64,000 nt of DNA from Phyllobates terribilis (Eukaryota): positions 1-64,000 of the forward strand of contig NW_027366775.1 in assembly GCF_046119375.1 (NCBI RefSeq), in the 5' to 3' direction. The notes beneath the pieces were generated by a model. That model worked only from the letters and a program-made list of their open reading frames with translations, did no database searches and was not told where the DNA came from. Position numbers and translations under genes: made by a program. This document shows positions 11,569 through 23,751 of this stretch, piece after piece. How positions within the stretch are numbered: the stretch's first letter is position 1; each line of letters begins with the position of its first letter.

Positions 11569-14070
11569 TATGGGGCAAAATATGATAAACGTCACATAAA
11601 ATTCAAAACAAACGCAAAAATTTCAAAAATAAAAAGGAAATAGCAAAGATAGTGAGATAATTCCCTCCCACACTTGAAGTACACAAGGTCCATATTGTGA
11701 AATAAATAACAAAGATAAGGGATGGGTGAAAGCGGAAAATACCTCATTTCTTGGGTTGCCTCCTGAGCAGCGCCTTGGTTAAAGTCGTAGAATTCTAGCT
11801 CTCAAATATCCAACACTCGGCCCCTCAAGGGTCATCTCATCTAAAAACTCTCTCCTTCCTCGCATGGTAGGATCTGATGCCTCGTCCTTTCCTTTCTCTC
11901 TTGTCGTACCAACCCTTCTTCTTCACCTTGAAGTGTCCTTGATGTGATACCTTATATTGGACCTTTAGCTTCTTCTACCTCTTTGTCGTGTATGGCCCCT
12001 TCAAGAGTTTAGAAAAAAAAGGCAAGGGTGCTCGGGGTTCAGAGTTCCGAGTTAAGGAAGGATTGGATGCACGTAGTGCTCTTGGCTCAGCTCGAACTCA
12101 TCACTTGGGTCAAATATCTCTCCTTCATCATCGAGTGGCAGGCCCAGATCATCCTCATTGATGTTCAGCAACAAGGATAAGCCTTTGTATAAGGCATTTG
12201 GGGCACCGACACGCGGTTCAGGGGAGAGGGTATGCACATCTACAGATAGGAGGGCATGTGCGCGTAGGAACGGGACACGGTCGTGCATGGGTTCGGCACG
12301 GTCGTGCACTAGAAGGCGCGGGCGTGCGAGTAGTTATGAAAATAGCACCATAAACGCGTGGTCGGGTGGTCCCTCAGCTCGGCCAGCTTGGCTGCAGAAA
12401 GGGTTGCGCGGTTGCGCCCTTCTCCAGTTTTGTCGACGCGGTTGCATATTGCAGGGGAGCGGGCACGCGGCTCTGCAGGGGCCAGTTTGCTTTCACACTT
12501 CTCGGGTTGTGGGTGCGCGTCTGTTGGTGCTTCATCCTTGACCTCTTCTTCATCGACTGGCATCTCATCCGAGCTTTGATCGCTACTTAATGACATAGCA
12601 TTGTCGTTCGTAATGCTCGAGGTAGCTGTGGTATGAGGTTGTAGTGCATTAGATTGTTTTTTCACCAAGATAGATACTGCCTGCATCCTTTGCTCCATCT
12701 GCTCTTCCATTTACTTGAAGCTCTCTTGTGTAATCGTTTCCTATTTTTTAATGCTTTCTTTGGTGGTGATTTCCATGTTCTCGATGCACGCCTCTGTAGT
12801 CTAGGAACGATTTTCAACTTCCTGCATCATATCGTTCAGTATTTTTGCAGTAGATGTGTCTACTCAATGGGCTCTCCACCACTGTTGTTGCTTATGTTGG
12901 GGGTAATTTCTGTATCTCAGGCTATAGTCATACCAATGTTGATCATACCCAGGGTATGGAGGTCCATATCCACCCTCATCGTTAACCTTAGTAGCTTGAT
13001 TCTTTTGAAGCTCAGCAACCAACTCCAAGAGTTCAGCCAGTTCCTCAACAATTGTCTTCTTTTGTTCTCCTTCCATATATCCTATAAACTCAGCAAATAG
13101 ACCGTTCAGTAGCACGGGTGTTGACCATACACTGGTCAATACCAAAGTCAATCACACCAAAAATACAAGAAAAGAAGTTTTGACTCCCCGACAACGGCAC
13201 CAAATTTGATGAGCATACGAGACGTGTATCGTTATGCTCGTACCATTGACTTAAGTCGATATTTAACACACATTAAACTCTCTCCACAATCACAATCCCA
13301 ACTAGGCCATGCAATAAAATCGCTTCATTATGATAAGACTCTCCAACTTGGACAAATCAAACCTAGCAATACGAATAGTTCTATTCTACCCAGATGATCA
13401 GGCCGGATAGATAAATCAAATCCAATAAAACAATCAAGTGCAAGAGAGATGAAACAAACCAAATATGAATAAGAACCAAAGTAGAAGTCTTATAGAACAA
13501 TCATTTGAAGGCTTCAACTTGTTGAACAAAGCAAAAGAGACTACTTTGACATAGTTCTCTAAACAAAGTAAATTAATCTAATGAATGAAGGATAGGTTGG
13601 AGGCAAATCTCCTAACCCTATTTATAAACTTAAAACATAAGAAGTTAATACTAAAAAGCCTAGCATGAAGCTCCATCAGAAAATAGGTAAAAGGCCCGAA
13701 GTGATTCCTGGAGGAAAATGTCTCGGATCCCGGCCCAATGGGGGCGCGGTCATGCCCATGTAGGTGTGGTCGCTCTTATGACCAGCTTGTTGAGCTTTCT
13801 CTCGGACAGTGGCGTGATCGTGCCTCCTAGGGTGCGGTCACGTCCTAGGCCCTGCTTCAATGCACGGCTGCATCGTCATGTGCGCGGTTCTGCTTTTGTC
13901 CCTTTTGCAATCTTCTCTTTGTCTTCTCTCAAATGTATGTAATCCTCATGAATAACACCTTTGCTATGCAAAGTCCGTATTACAATAATATGCTCTAAAT
14001 CATTGCCGAATCAGCTATAAATGGTGCTAACGACCACTGGATGCATTATACGAGATATCGCCTATCATCA
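11569..14070 (-). mobile_element. Truncated non-autonomous Athila-type element (5' LTR, PBS, decayed gag-like ORF, no pol)
   Basis: LTR 13207-14070 (TG...CA); Asp-type PBS TGGTGCCGTTGTCGGGGA at 13202-13185; broken ORF 13150-11800; Athila-type gggttgcctcc...cgccttggtt motif at about 11752; no 3' LTR. Confidence 0.7.
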
Positions 14071-14461
14071 ACGTTCTCAAAAGTGGTTCAACTGAATCAA
14101 GAAAGGTCTTCTTGAGAGCCAATAGGATTTTATCACATTTATAAGGTGTGCTTAAATTAGTTTTGTAGAAAGCTGGTGTGTTAGAATCTTTATACATAGA
14201 TTAAACTTGTACTTAGTTAGGGTTATGAGTTTTCATTTTCTGAGAGTTATTCTTTTGGAAGGGGGCTTAGAGTGCTTAGTTCATTTTGAGAAAGTGAGCA
14301 TTCAATCACTAAATAGAGAGTGAGTTGTATGCAACTAAACACTTGTAAGTGAGCTTCAAAAGTAATAAACTAGTGATGAGTTTTATCTTGGATCAATAGG
14401 ATCTAAGGTTCTCGTCTTTTGTGTGGAATTCTGGTTCAAATCTCTTTGCTTCTTTCTTCCA
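14071..14461 (+). repeat. Sirevirus-like LTR, 3' part
   Basis: Resumes with a diverged copy of the sequence at 11514-11568 and ends where the Ale gag resumes (acatt vs gcatt at 11038-11042, a possible TSD). Confidence 0.45.
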
Positions 14462-15370
14462 CATTATAATCGAACTCTAAGTCGCCTCAAGACTTTGTTC
14501 GTGAAGAATCTCCCCACCCCAATCCAAAAATGAAGGTGGGAATGTTTGCCAACATCTTGACCAAGCCACCCAGAATGAGTGCATTGTGGTCGTGTAGGCA
14601 GCCTCAGTTTTCATGAGCGTTGATCTGCGAAAGTCATAGAATCTGTCTTGGGTTCACAGGTTTTGATGTTCAAGAGATAACAGTCCTCTTGAACCGCAAG
14701 AGAATAAACGTGATTAAGAGAGGGAGGAGGGTCTTAAGGACTGACAGTATAGCACAACGTTTTGTAGTCACTGCCATTGAAGTATTAAGATATTGGTAGA
14801 CGAGTTATTCCTTCCTTTTTTTGATAGTACGTGTGGAAACTTAAGAATTGTGCAACTTGCAAGTGTACAACATAAGAGGAACTTAGGTGATGAATTATTC
14901 CTTGATCTTCATGAGAGATCTGCAGACCACAAAGACGGTTTGACCGCCTTGCTGAAATAACATCGGGCCCGCTCTCAATTGGAGGATATGCACCCCGTTA
15001 CCCACCAAGAGACATTGTTGAATCTCATCCCAAAGTTCATGAATGGTGGATTTGTAGGATATGCTTGATTATAGAGATGGATCGATGGATTGCATAACCC
15101 AACCAACAAGCATGGAGTTGACACTGAGCCAATCCTCGTCATCCTTGGACCCACTTTTTTGGAAATACGACCAGTTAGGAATCCTATCTTCCTCTTCAAA
15201 TTGAAGGCATTGGGCATTGTAGTGCTCCATTCTTGAAACTTCTCACGTTTCAAAGTCACGGGGAAGATTGAGACGACTGTGTGATATGAATCGTGAATAT
15301 AATATGGTGATGTGATGCCATCGATAGGACATTTGGGTCGAAGGGACATTTACTCCAGTTTGGTGGTCAT
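14462..15370 (-). pseudogene. Ale-like copia gag remnant
   Basis: DGITSPYYIHDS...VTLKREKFQEWSTTMPNAFNLKRKIGFLTG, the same family as gag 60464-60957. A degenerate knuckle PQCTHSGWLGQD lies near 14590-14555. Confidence 0.8.
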
Positions 15371-15386
15371 GACCAAAGAACAAAAA

Positions 15387-16651
15387 TGATATGTGATGTT
15401 GTGTCGCAGTCAAAGTAATATTCCTATCGAATACCAACGACAAAAGTAAACGATAATCACAAGGTCGATCTCATAAAGAAGTGTGATAGCAAGAAAAAAG
15501 GTAATATCTTTATTAGAACACGAAAGGGTTTTCTAGGTTTTTTATGAATGTTTGAGAATAACTTGCGGTTTGTATTATTTGTGAAGAGTGTTGTTTCACT
15601 TAACTAATTCATTTATACAATATAACAGTTTCGATCCTTGTATTTCTTCTCACCTATCAGCATTAATCCCTATGTTATCCTTATCTAGAAGGTACAACTA
15701 GAATAAGACACAACCAGAACTGCCAAATCCTAATTATGCATGCAACTCTCTACTTTAAAATGCACGTAACTAGACAAACCACACAAAATATCTATCCTGA
15801 GATAATAGTATGCATTTTATAACTAAGCTAGGTTGGCAATCTAACAAATCATACAAAGTAATAGACTTTATAATCAAAAGAAACACCAATTAATATGTAT
15901 GTAATTAATAATTGACATAGAAATACTTACAAAAACCAAAACTTTGCCTAAACTTCAATAGTTCAGAAAAACAATGTATGAGGACTTAGTTCCTCATAGC
16001 CAAGGAAACTAAGCAAAAGAAATAAACTGGACTACTAATTAAAACTCTCCAAAAAATCCGGACTTAGGCTCGTAGGGAGAGAGGCTCCTTATATAGGACA
16101 CTAAGTTGACCTAATTCTACCAAAGCACAAAAACTAATTAAATAAAAAATAAAAAATCTAATCTAACTAACTGAAAGGAAAATAATAATATTAAAGTCAT
16201 ACTATGCACGTCAAGTGGGAAACGACTCTAAAATTTGCTATCTTATGGTGGACAAGGCACACGGTAGATATAGGCATGGGTCACCACAGGCAAAAGTCGG
16301 TGAAAATATTCCTATCTTCTATAAATGACTAACTAATCACCGAGAACTAAATAACCTCCCACAGACTCCTGTGTGCGGGACGCGACATCTTTGGATGCGG
16401 GGCACGCCCGGTCTTCTGTTGACTTTCCTTCTTAAACAGCTTCAACTTTGATTTTCTATTTATGTAAACTTCATAGTCATGTAGATCCTTTGATAGATAC
16501 TCTCTAAGATTCTCAAAAGTGTGTAAAAATCCTGAACTACTTGATAATCATTTTCTGGCTTGGGCGATTACAAATCACCTCTTATGGATCAAAACTAACA
16601 TAAATGTGTATGGAATCTTGTGAATTAAACCATCATTATTGGATCATATCA
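15387..16651 (-). repeat. Athila-type solo LTR (family B-like) inserted in the Ale leader
   Basis: Right end ...gaattaaaccatcattattggatcatatca matches the ends at 31672 and 57045. The left boundary is inferred; flanks aaaaa/agaaa are a weak TSD. Confidence 0.6.
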
Positions 16652-16714
16652 AGAAACAGTAAATTAAACGTGTTTAGGGATGATGGTTGGATGATTTATA
16701 GAAGCTTAAACCCG

Positions 16715-16937
16715 GTTCTGATACCATTGAATGATGAATTAGGAAAAAGGTTTTATGATGATTAGATTAAGCCTCTTAAGGGCATATGTTTACATATGAG
16801 CCGAGATCTTAACAACAAGAGAAAGGAAACTAAAGATATGGAATATATCTACAACATAATATGTTTATGGTAAAGATAGATTATATCCTTTAAAGATAGG
16901 TAAAACTATGTGTGTGATGTGTAATTACTTTTCAACA
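16715..16937 (-). repeat. PBS (16726-16715) and short 5' LTR (16728-16937) of the Ale-like copia
   Basis: The minus strand reads TGTTGAAAAG...TCATTCA ATGGTATCAGAAC: a ~210 bp TG...CA segment followed by a Met-type PBS. Confidence 0.65.
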
Positions 16938-17059
16938 AGCAATACAAAGGATAAACAAATAAAAGTAAAAAATCTAGATCATCAAAAATCTCTAATCTAA
17001 AAGATGAGTGAAGAAACAAGAGGAACAAAGAATTTCCTAGTTCTTATTGATTATGGAAA

Positions 17060-17781
17060 TCCCCAATGTCTTCTCATAGTTGTTGCCTCTCACAAAGTAT
17101 TCAAGCTATACTGAATGGATGTCAAGACTACCTTCTCAATGGAAAGCTCAGGAAGAGTATATGTTAAGGAACCACTTGGATTTAAGATGACACTCACACT
17201 AAGTATGGCTACTACTTGGATAAAGCTCTCTATGTCTTGAAAAAAGCTCCCCGTGCTTGGTACGATTTTCTCTCCATGTTCCTTATTGCTAGCAACTACA
17301 AACATGGGGCAATCGACAAGACTCCCTTCATTCGGAAAAAAGGGGGACATCATAGCAATTCAGTTATATTTTGATGATATCATATTTTGGAAAAAATAAC
17401 ATGTCGCTTTTATATACTTTCACATATAAGTTGAGTAGAAAATTCAACATAAGTATGATTGGGGAACTCGACTTTTTCTTTTGACTATATTGTTCAAAAG
17501 GATGGCATCCAGATCCATCAACAAAAGTATTTGACAAAGACTATGAAAAAGTACAACATGGAAGGAAGGAAGCCCTTGCCAACTCCAATATTAATTTTCA
17601 CTCACCATGATTTAGATCTTCTAGTGCAATGATAGATGAGAAAGATATAGATAAACGGTTGGTTCCCTGATGTACCTAACAAACACTAGGAAAGATATTG
17701 TGTTCTCATGAGTCTTTGTGCTAGGTTCCAATCCAATTCAAGGGAATCACATGTCGCTAATATCAAGCATATCTTTCTATA
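17060..17781 (+). pseudogene. Sirevirus-like copia RT remnant
   Basis: Frameshifted HKVFKLY*MDVKT, KAPRAWYDFLS, IDKTPFI, IQLYFDDIIF. Continues at 26187 after the nested element. Confidence 0.85.
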
Positions 17782-19091
17782 TGACAACAGCCAAAATGGT
17801 CGTTCCTTTCCGTTGTCAAAGTAATTTATTCCCAACTACTACTCTACCAAAGTAGAGCGGTAAGTAGGGGTCGAATCCCATAGGTAATCAAATGAGATCA
17901 ATTCTTATGGTATTAATTACAATCAAATATAAAATTTACCTAAGGGGGAAAATGATGAAACTAACTAACAAACGATTGATTTTTTATTAATATGGGAAAA
18001 CACTTTGCACAATTGGTATCCACTAACAAGTTGATTAAATGATCCTAGACTTCTTCTATTCAGGTTCTTTCCTATTGCCTATATATACTCTAATTTACCC
18101 AATCCTTGTTCATTTATAGCTAATTAGTTCAACTAGACCTAATAACCCTTACCTATAAACCTAACCCTGAAACTATCAAAGGTCAATTTTCTAGGCAGCA
18201 TTAAGTTTAAGAATAAATAAGAATGGGCGACACCACTTGGATACTAATACATCATTACCCTCCACACAACTACAAGTCCAACTAGTCCAGGCAATTGAAT
18301 TTCTACTAAATGAAAAGGCTCTCCAACTCGGACAAGCAAGCCTAGCTATATGAAATTTACTTAAACAACCAAGGTGATAAATCAAGATAGATAACTCAAT
18401 TCAATAGGAAATATACGCAAGAGGATAAAGAAAACTAGGATATATGATTAGAACCAAAGGATAGAAGTATTACATTCAATCAACCTATTGGCTTCCACCA
18501 ATTGAACAAAGTATAGGATACTAACTGGCTCATTACAATGAACAACGTAAATGTGAAATGAATAGAAGATGAGATGTGAAGTAATAGATGGAGTAGAAGC
18601 TCTCATCTATTTATTAACCTAGAAACCCTAGAATTAATCACTAAAAGCCCAGCCCAAAGCTCCATTAGAAATCAATTAAAAGGCCCAAAAAAGTTTCGAA
18701 AAAAGCCCAAATAGAGTCACATCCCATCAGTGGCACGGGAAGCACCCAGGTCTAGCCCGTGACGCCTGGGCGATGGCGTGGTCACGCCTAGGCATGTCTG
18801 GTCACGCCCGGGCAATTTTGCTCATTTCGCTGGCGATCACGGGCGCGGTTATGTGGGACATGGGCGCGGTCACGCCTAGGTTTCTGTTGCATCTTCTTCT
18901 ACGTGGACGCGCGATCGTGCGCCATCCTTTTTCTGTCTTCTTTGGCCTTCTCCCAAAAGCTCGTAATCCTCGTGTTTAACCACTTTACTCTGCGAGGTCT
19001 GGACTATGCAGATATTGTCTAAACCATGACCAATACGCCGATAGATGATGCTAACAACCACTCATTACGCCATACTAGATGTCGTTCGTCA
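17782..19091 (-). repeat. 3' LTR, family C
   Basis: Aligns with 24870-26181 and with 39760-40309 + 46004-46718. Confidence 0.88.
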
Positions 19092-20435
19092 CACCCCCAC
19101 ACTTGAATTTTGCTCGTCATCGAGTAAGTTACTGCTAACTACTTGGCGATCTCAGAGAATATGGAAGACATGACTGAAGTGGTCGTCGATCAACACTCTA
19201 GCTCCTGGTACCTGCAATCATCAAAAGCATTGGCGTAGACTTTGACTCTACTAGAAATATTCAAAAGGAACGCAAAACTTAACTAGATTCTAAACTATCC
19301 CAACAAATGGCATCAAATATTCCCCAAATTTTGAACTATGTTCGCCCTACGCAAGTACATTAACCTGAATCCTCAAACTATGCTAAAGATGTCTCTATCC
19401 AAGTAATATATAAATACGAATAATGGAAGATCAAATAAGCGACTAGTTCTTGTCTTAACATGCTTCCTATTTATGATAATTATGCAAGAGTTCCAATACC
19501 ATCGAAAGCAAACCACAAACCACAACTCAACTCAAGTCATATCACATGCACTTTTTATTGCTCCTTTTCATCCAATTCACACATTTTTCACTTTATTAAC
19601 ACTTAATGGGTATTGGTCCCGTCTGTCTTACCGTCCGGGCTAACTAATCAGACTCTTTTGCTTCTTTAGCCATTGAGGATCGAACCCGGGGTGATTTTTC
19701 ACACCACGGAGATCGCGTACTTTTCCTACTTATTTCACTTGGAGTTCACTATCTTTTTTCTTTCTTTTTTTCCTTTTATTTTGTGATGAAAAAGGTCATA
19801 AACGATTATTATGACATAATGACAAACTAGAGAAGAGATGGTGAACATGCAATCTTAGTATTGGTCATAATGCGTCCTAATCATAATCCACATACTAAAT
19901 TCAAATTCCTCTACTTGATCAAACATATCCTCATCATACATACTTGCAATATTAACATCTAAAACTAGTAAAAGGATTCAAAATTCATGCACCATTATAG
20001 AAGTTCACACAACCTCAAGCTAGGGGGGTAAATATGAATGTCGACTCTGAAAATTCAAAAATAAATCAAATTTTCAAAAACTACTACTACGATAGGTGAA
20101 GTAAATCCCCTCCCCCACACTTAAACCAAACAATGTCCTCATTGTGAGTTAAGGAACAAATATAACCTAAGTGTAAGTAAGAAAATTACCTCACGGACGG
20201 GTTGCCTCCTAGACAGCGCATTTGGTTAACGTCGTCGCTCTCATATCAACCTGTGGTGGCCCTCCTAAGGGCCACCCCATACTTCTTGATGCAATATTTC
20301 TTAATTCCATTCTTCTTTACGAGACCCTCATCATATTCTCTCTTCGTCTCTATGTAGTGTCCTGGAGGTAACGCAAACGTCATTCTAGGTACCTGCACAA
20401 TAGGGGAAGAGAAGGAGGGTTGTCTCCCTCTAACC

Positions 20436-21111
20436 TCAGCATGGGGGGGCATCGGCCAAAGCCATCTCCAACCTATATATACCCCTTTCTAGATCAACTA
20501 ACTTTATAGCACAAACACCAGCTAACTCATCTCCAGACTCTCCATCAGTATCGTAGATATCAAAACGCGCTACATAATCATCGAACTCCAATGACAAGAT
20601 CCCATTCTCTAGGTCTACCTTGATACATGTTTTCCTCATAAACGACCTTCCTAAAAGTATAGGTGCATTCTCCTTATCATTCTCCATATTAAGTACATAA
20701 AAGTCTATGAGGAAGGCTAACCTATCTACCTTAACCAGCACATTTTCTACAACTCCCTTAGGACGCATAGTAGACCCATCGGCTAACTGCACTAATATAT
20801 CAGCTTTATTCAGGGGATAATCCTACTTGCTTACAAAGGGAGTGAGGAATGACATTAATGGATGCTCCTAAGTCCAGCATGGCCCTATCAAAATCAGTGT
20901 TGTCGATACGGCAAGGGATAGTCACCATACCTGGATCGCTAAATTTGGTGGGCATGTGTCTCTGGTAGATGGCAGACGCTCTCTCTCCAGCAGTTACCTT
21001 GTTGGGTCCTTTTGCCTTTTGGTTCCGCTTAACTGTACATAGTTCCTTAAGAAACTTTGGTACCTTGGTGTGCTCCTGATTAGCTGCAACAACGGAATGT
21101 TGACTGGACAC
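20436..21111 (-). pseudogene. Athila-type aspartic protease region
   Basis: KFSDPGMVTIPCRI...AMLDLGASINVIP; QLADGSTMRPKGVVENVLVKV...DFYVL...PILLGRSFM. Confidence 0.9.
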
Positions 21112-21979
21112 CTGTTAAAGATCTCGAATAGCCCCTACTCATCCTCCGGCCTTCTTGTGTCTCTTAATGCTTCCATGAAGGGGTCGGGGGTTTCTACGAG
21201 TAGAGTGGAGGGAAGTTAGGACATACTTAGTTGCTCTGCCGGAGCTTAAAGTCACCTCTCGGGTTGTCAAGCTCCTCTTCCTCCGCTATCGGGTCAATAT
21301 TATTAGCATGTAGCCTCGGAGGGGTCTCGGGTTCAGCAGTGAGAGGAGAACGGTTGTGGATTAGGGAGGTGGAAGATCGTGCACATCCGAAGAGTCGGGT
21401 GCACGGCCGCGCAATAGGGGGCGCGGTCGTGCCAACAATCCGAAAACCTCCTCCATAATCGCGTCGTCGCGCATGGGTGAGGTGCGGTCGTGCCCGTCTG
21501 TAGACCCATGGACGCGGTCCAACAATAGAGTCGCACGGTCGTGCCTCTCTGCAAAGTCATAAGCGTGGGTGCGCGGCTCTTGTCACGGGCAAGCCAATGA
21601 CGAATCTCCCTCATTTATCTCTTCTTGGCTTGGTTTCTCCTCCGACTTTCTCCCACTCCTTAATGCCACTATCCAGATGTTCTTAAGGTTATGGTTCACT
21701 GAATTTTGGCTCAGGTTCACCACAGTCTGTGCTGGTAGTGAATTCAATTGATTTTGGACCTGCGTTAACACCGTCTGCACTACTTGCCCCATTTTGACCT
21801 CCAAATTCTTGAGTCTTGCATCCGTGGTCTAGGCATTGGTGGCGAGGGTAGTGAGGTGTTGAGCAGGGGTAGCGAGTTTCTCAGTTAGTTCCTTTATCAT
21901 GACCAAAGTAGGGGTTTCAAAGTTTTGTTTTGGGTCACGAGGTCTCCACCTTTGTTGCTCGGGCTGCTCTTTATCTCTC

Positions 21980-23751
21980 TGATGAGGGAGAATCTTGTCT
22001 ACTCCACTCGTCGAGGGTCGTAGACAGATCCTCGACGAGCAGCATAGGGAGATACTTGGCGAGCAAGATCAGTGTAAGACCCCGTATCAATTGGTATCAG
22101 AGCCATTTGCCACCAACCGCCACCGGAGAGGAGTCTAAAACCACCATAGAAGTGCCGGAGATGAGCTATAACCGTCAAGGAGCAAGGAAATTTTCTCCAG
22201 AAACTGTATCCTGACTTCAGAAGCTTCGTTCTCCCTCGTCCGAACTCGGAATCGAGTTATTTCAAGTTCCAGAGGTAGAACCAGATGTCTAGTTTCCTGT
22301 GCCAAAATTTGAGCAACATCCGTGGAGTCAGTTGCGAGTTATAGCCATTTTATTGAGCCCAAAACTGAGATCAACCATGATCTACCGGCCATTTTTGGTT
22401 GAAGTTCATCCCATGTTCTTCATGTTCTTGATGATCTTGATGAAATCCTGAAGAACACATTCAACTGAAGGCTGCACGTGATAGGGACAGTTGAGGGGAC
22501 GAAATTCCAAAAGAAAATCAATTAATTGCCTAATCTGAACCACCTTCCCACTCCTAGGTAACCGTCAACCACTTCTCCCTATACATCCGGCCTGTTTTGA
22601 TTCTGATTTGCACGTGGCCTTGAAGCAAGAATATTCCGAGAAGCTAGTGTATGAGATCTAACTCCATACGGGCCGGGAGATGACTTCCTTGTAGATTCGA
22701 GGACGAATCTCTTTCAAGAAAGGGAGAATGATGCGGGAGAATCTTGTCTACTCCACTCGTCGAGGGTCTTACACTGATCCTGCTCATCGAGTATCAATCC
22801 AAAAGCGTGGCCATCAAGGTGGTCTTACACTGCTCGTCGAGTATCTTCTAGGTCGGACTGTCTACTCCACTCGTCGAGGGTCTTACACTGATCTTGCTCG
22901 CCGAGTATCTCCCTACGCTGCTCGTCGAGGATCTGTCTACGCCGATCCGGCTCATCCTGCGTAGGTCCTGCCGTCGAGTGTCCATCAAGGTGGAACCCTC
23001 ACAAGAGTCGAAGAAGAGACGGAAGAAGTTCAACAACTTGAAGATGAACGTTGATGATTGTAGACATTATAGTTGATGAATTTTATGTGTTTTAATAAGT
23101 GTTGTAAGTGTGTTTATTTGGAGTCGGTTCACCTTGTTTTAAGAGCCGGTTCATTTGCTTTCTTTTAAGTAGATTTCGGTTCAGTTTTAATCATTAATTG
23201 GCCGGTTCATTTTGAACTATTTAAGGGCCAATTTTAGTTGTATTTGGAACGTTGAATTGAATTAAGAAAACAGATTGTTTGTTTCTATTTAGCGTCCTCC
23301 CTTTCATCCTCTCCAATGGAGAGTTGGAGAGATGAATTGTATGTTACAGTGTGATATGGATTTAGATCTTGGATGAATGGATCTCGCAATACGGATTGAC
23401 TTGGTTCTTGTATCGATTAGGATCAACAGGTCGAGTCATCGGTTGTCCGGTTCTTCGTCAGTCTAACCATCAATTATAGGCGAAAGGATTGTGTTAAGGT
23501 GATTTCGGTTCTTGATCAATCAGGATCAATGGGTTGGGTCACGGTGCACGGTTTGTTTGCTTCCTATCCTTTTCCTTTTTCGTTTTGTTGTTCCTCTCTT
23601 TGTTGATTCATTGGGGTTGGGTCGATTTTGAGAGTCTAAAACACAATAAACACATTGAGTTCGCAGCTTTGTTGTTCATCGTCAAATACACTATCAATTG
23701 AGGGTCGTTGGTGTCTAGATCCGGCTTCTACGGGAGTCCATCCCCATATCA
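21980..23751 (+). mobile_element. CRM-type non-coding mini-element with asymmetric LTRs and TSD CTCTC
   Basis: TGATGAGGGAG start; short LTR ends CCCCGTATCA at 22089; PBS TGGTATCAGAGC at 22092; PPT aagaaagggagaa; long LTR 22729-23751 ends CCCCATATCA. CTCTC lies at 21975-21979 and 23752-23756. Removal restores the host gag NYRPRDKEQP. Confidence 0.88.

Larger units (their letters stand above)
3351..16937 (-). mobile_element. Ale-like Ty1/copia element fragmented by nested insertions (3' end missing)
   Basis: Colinear pieces on the minus strand: LTR 16937-16728, PBS, gag 15370-14462, gag tail/protease/GAG-pre-integrase 11037-10218, integrase to RT 4972-3351. The lineage call rests on the SPYY(I/L)H gag type and the short LTR. 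Confidence 0.75.

Noticed and set aside
13185-13202. tRNA genes at PBS-like matches (also 9484, 16715, 22092, 24853, 41082, 55698, 60412)
   Set aside because: Only 12-18 nt complementary to tRNA 3' ends, next to LTRs; these are primer-binding sites.
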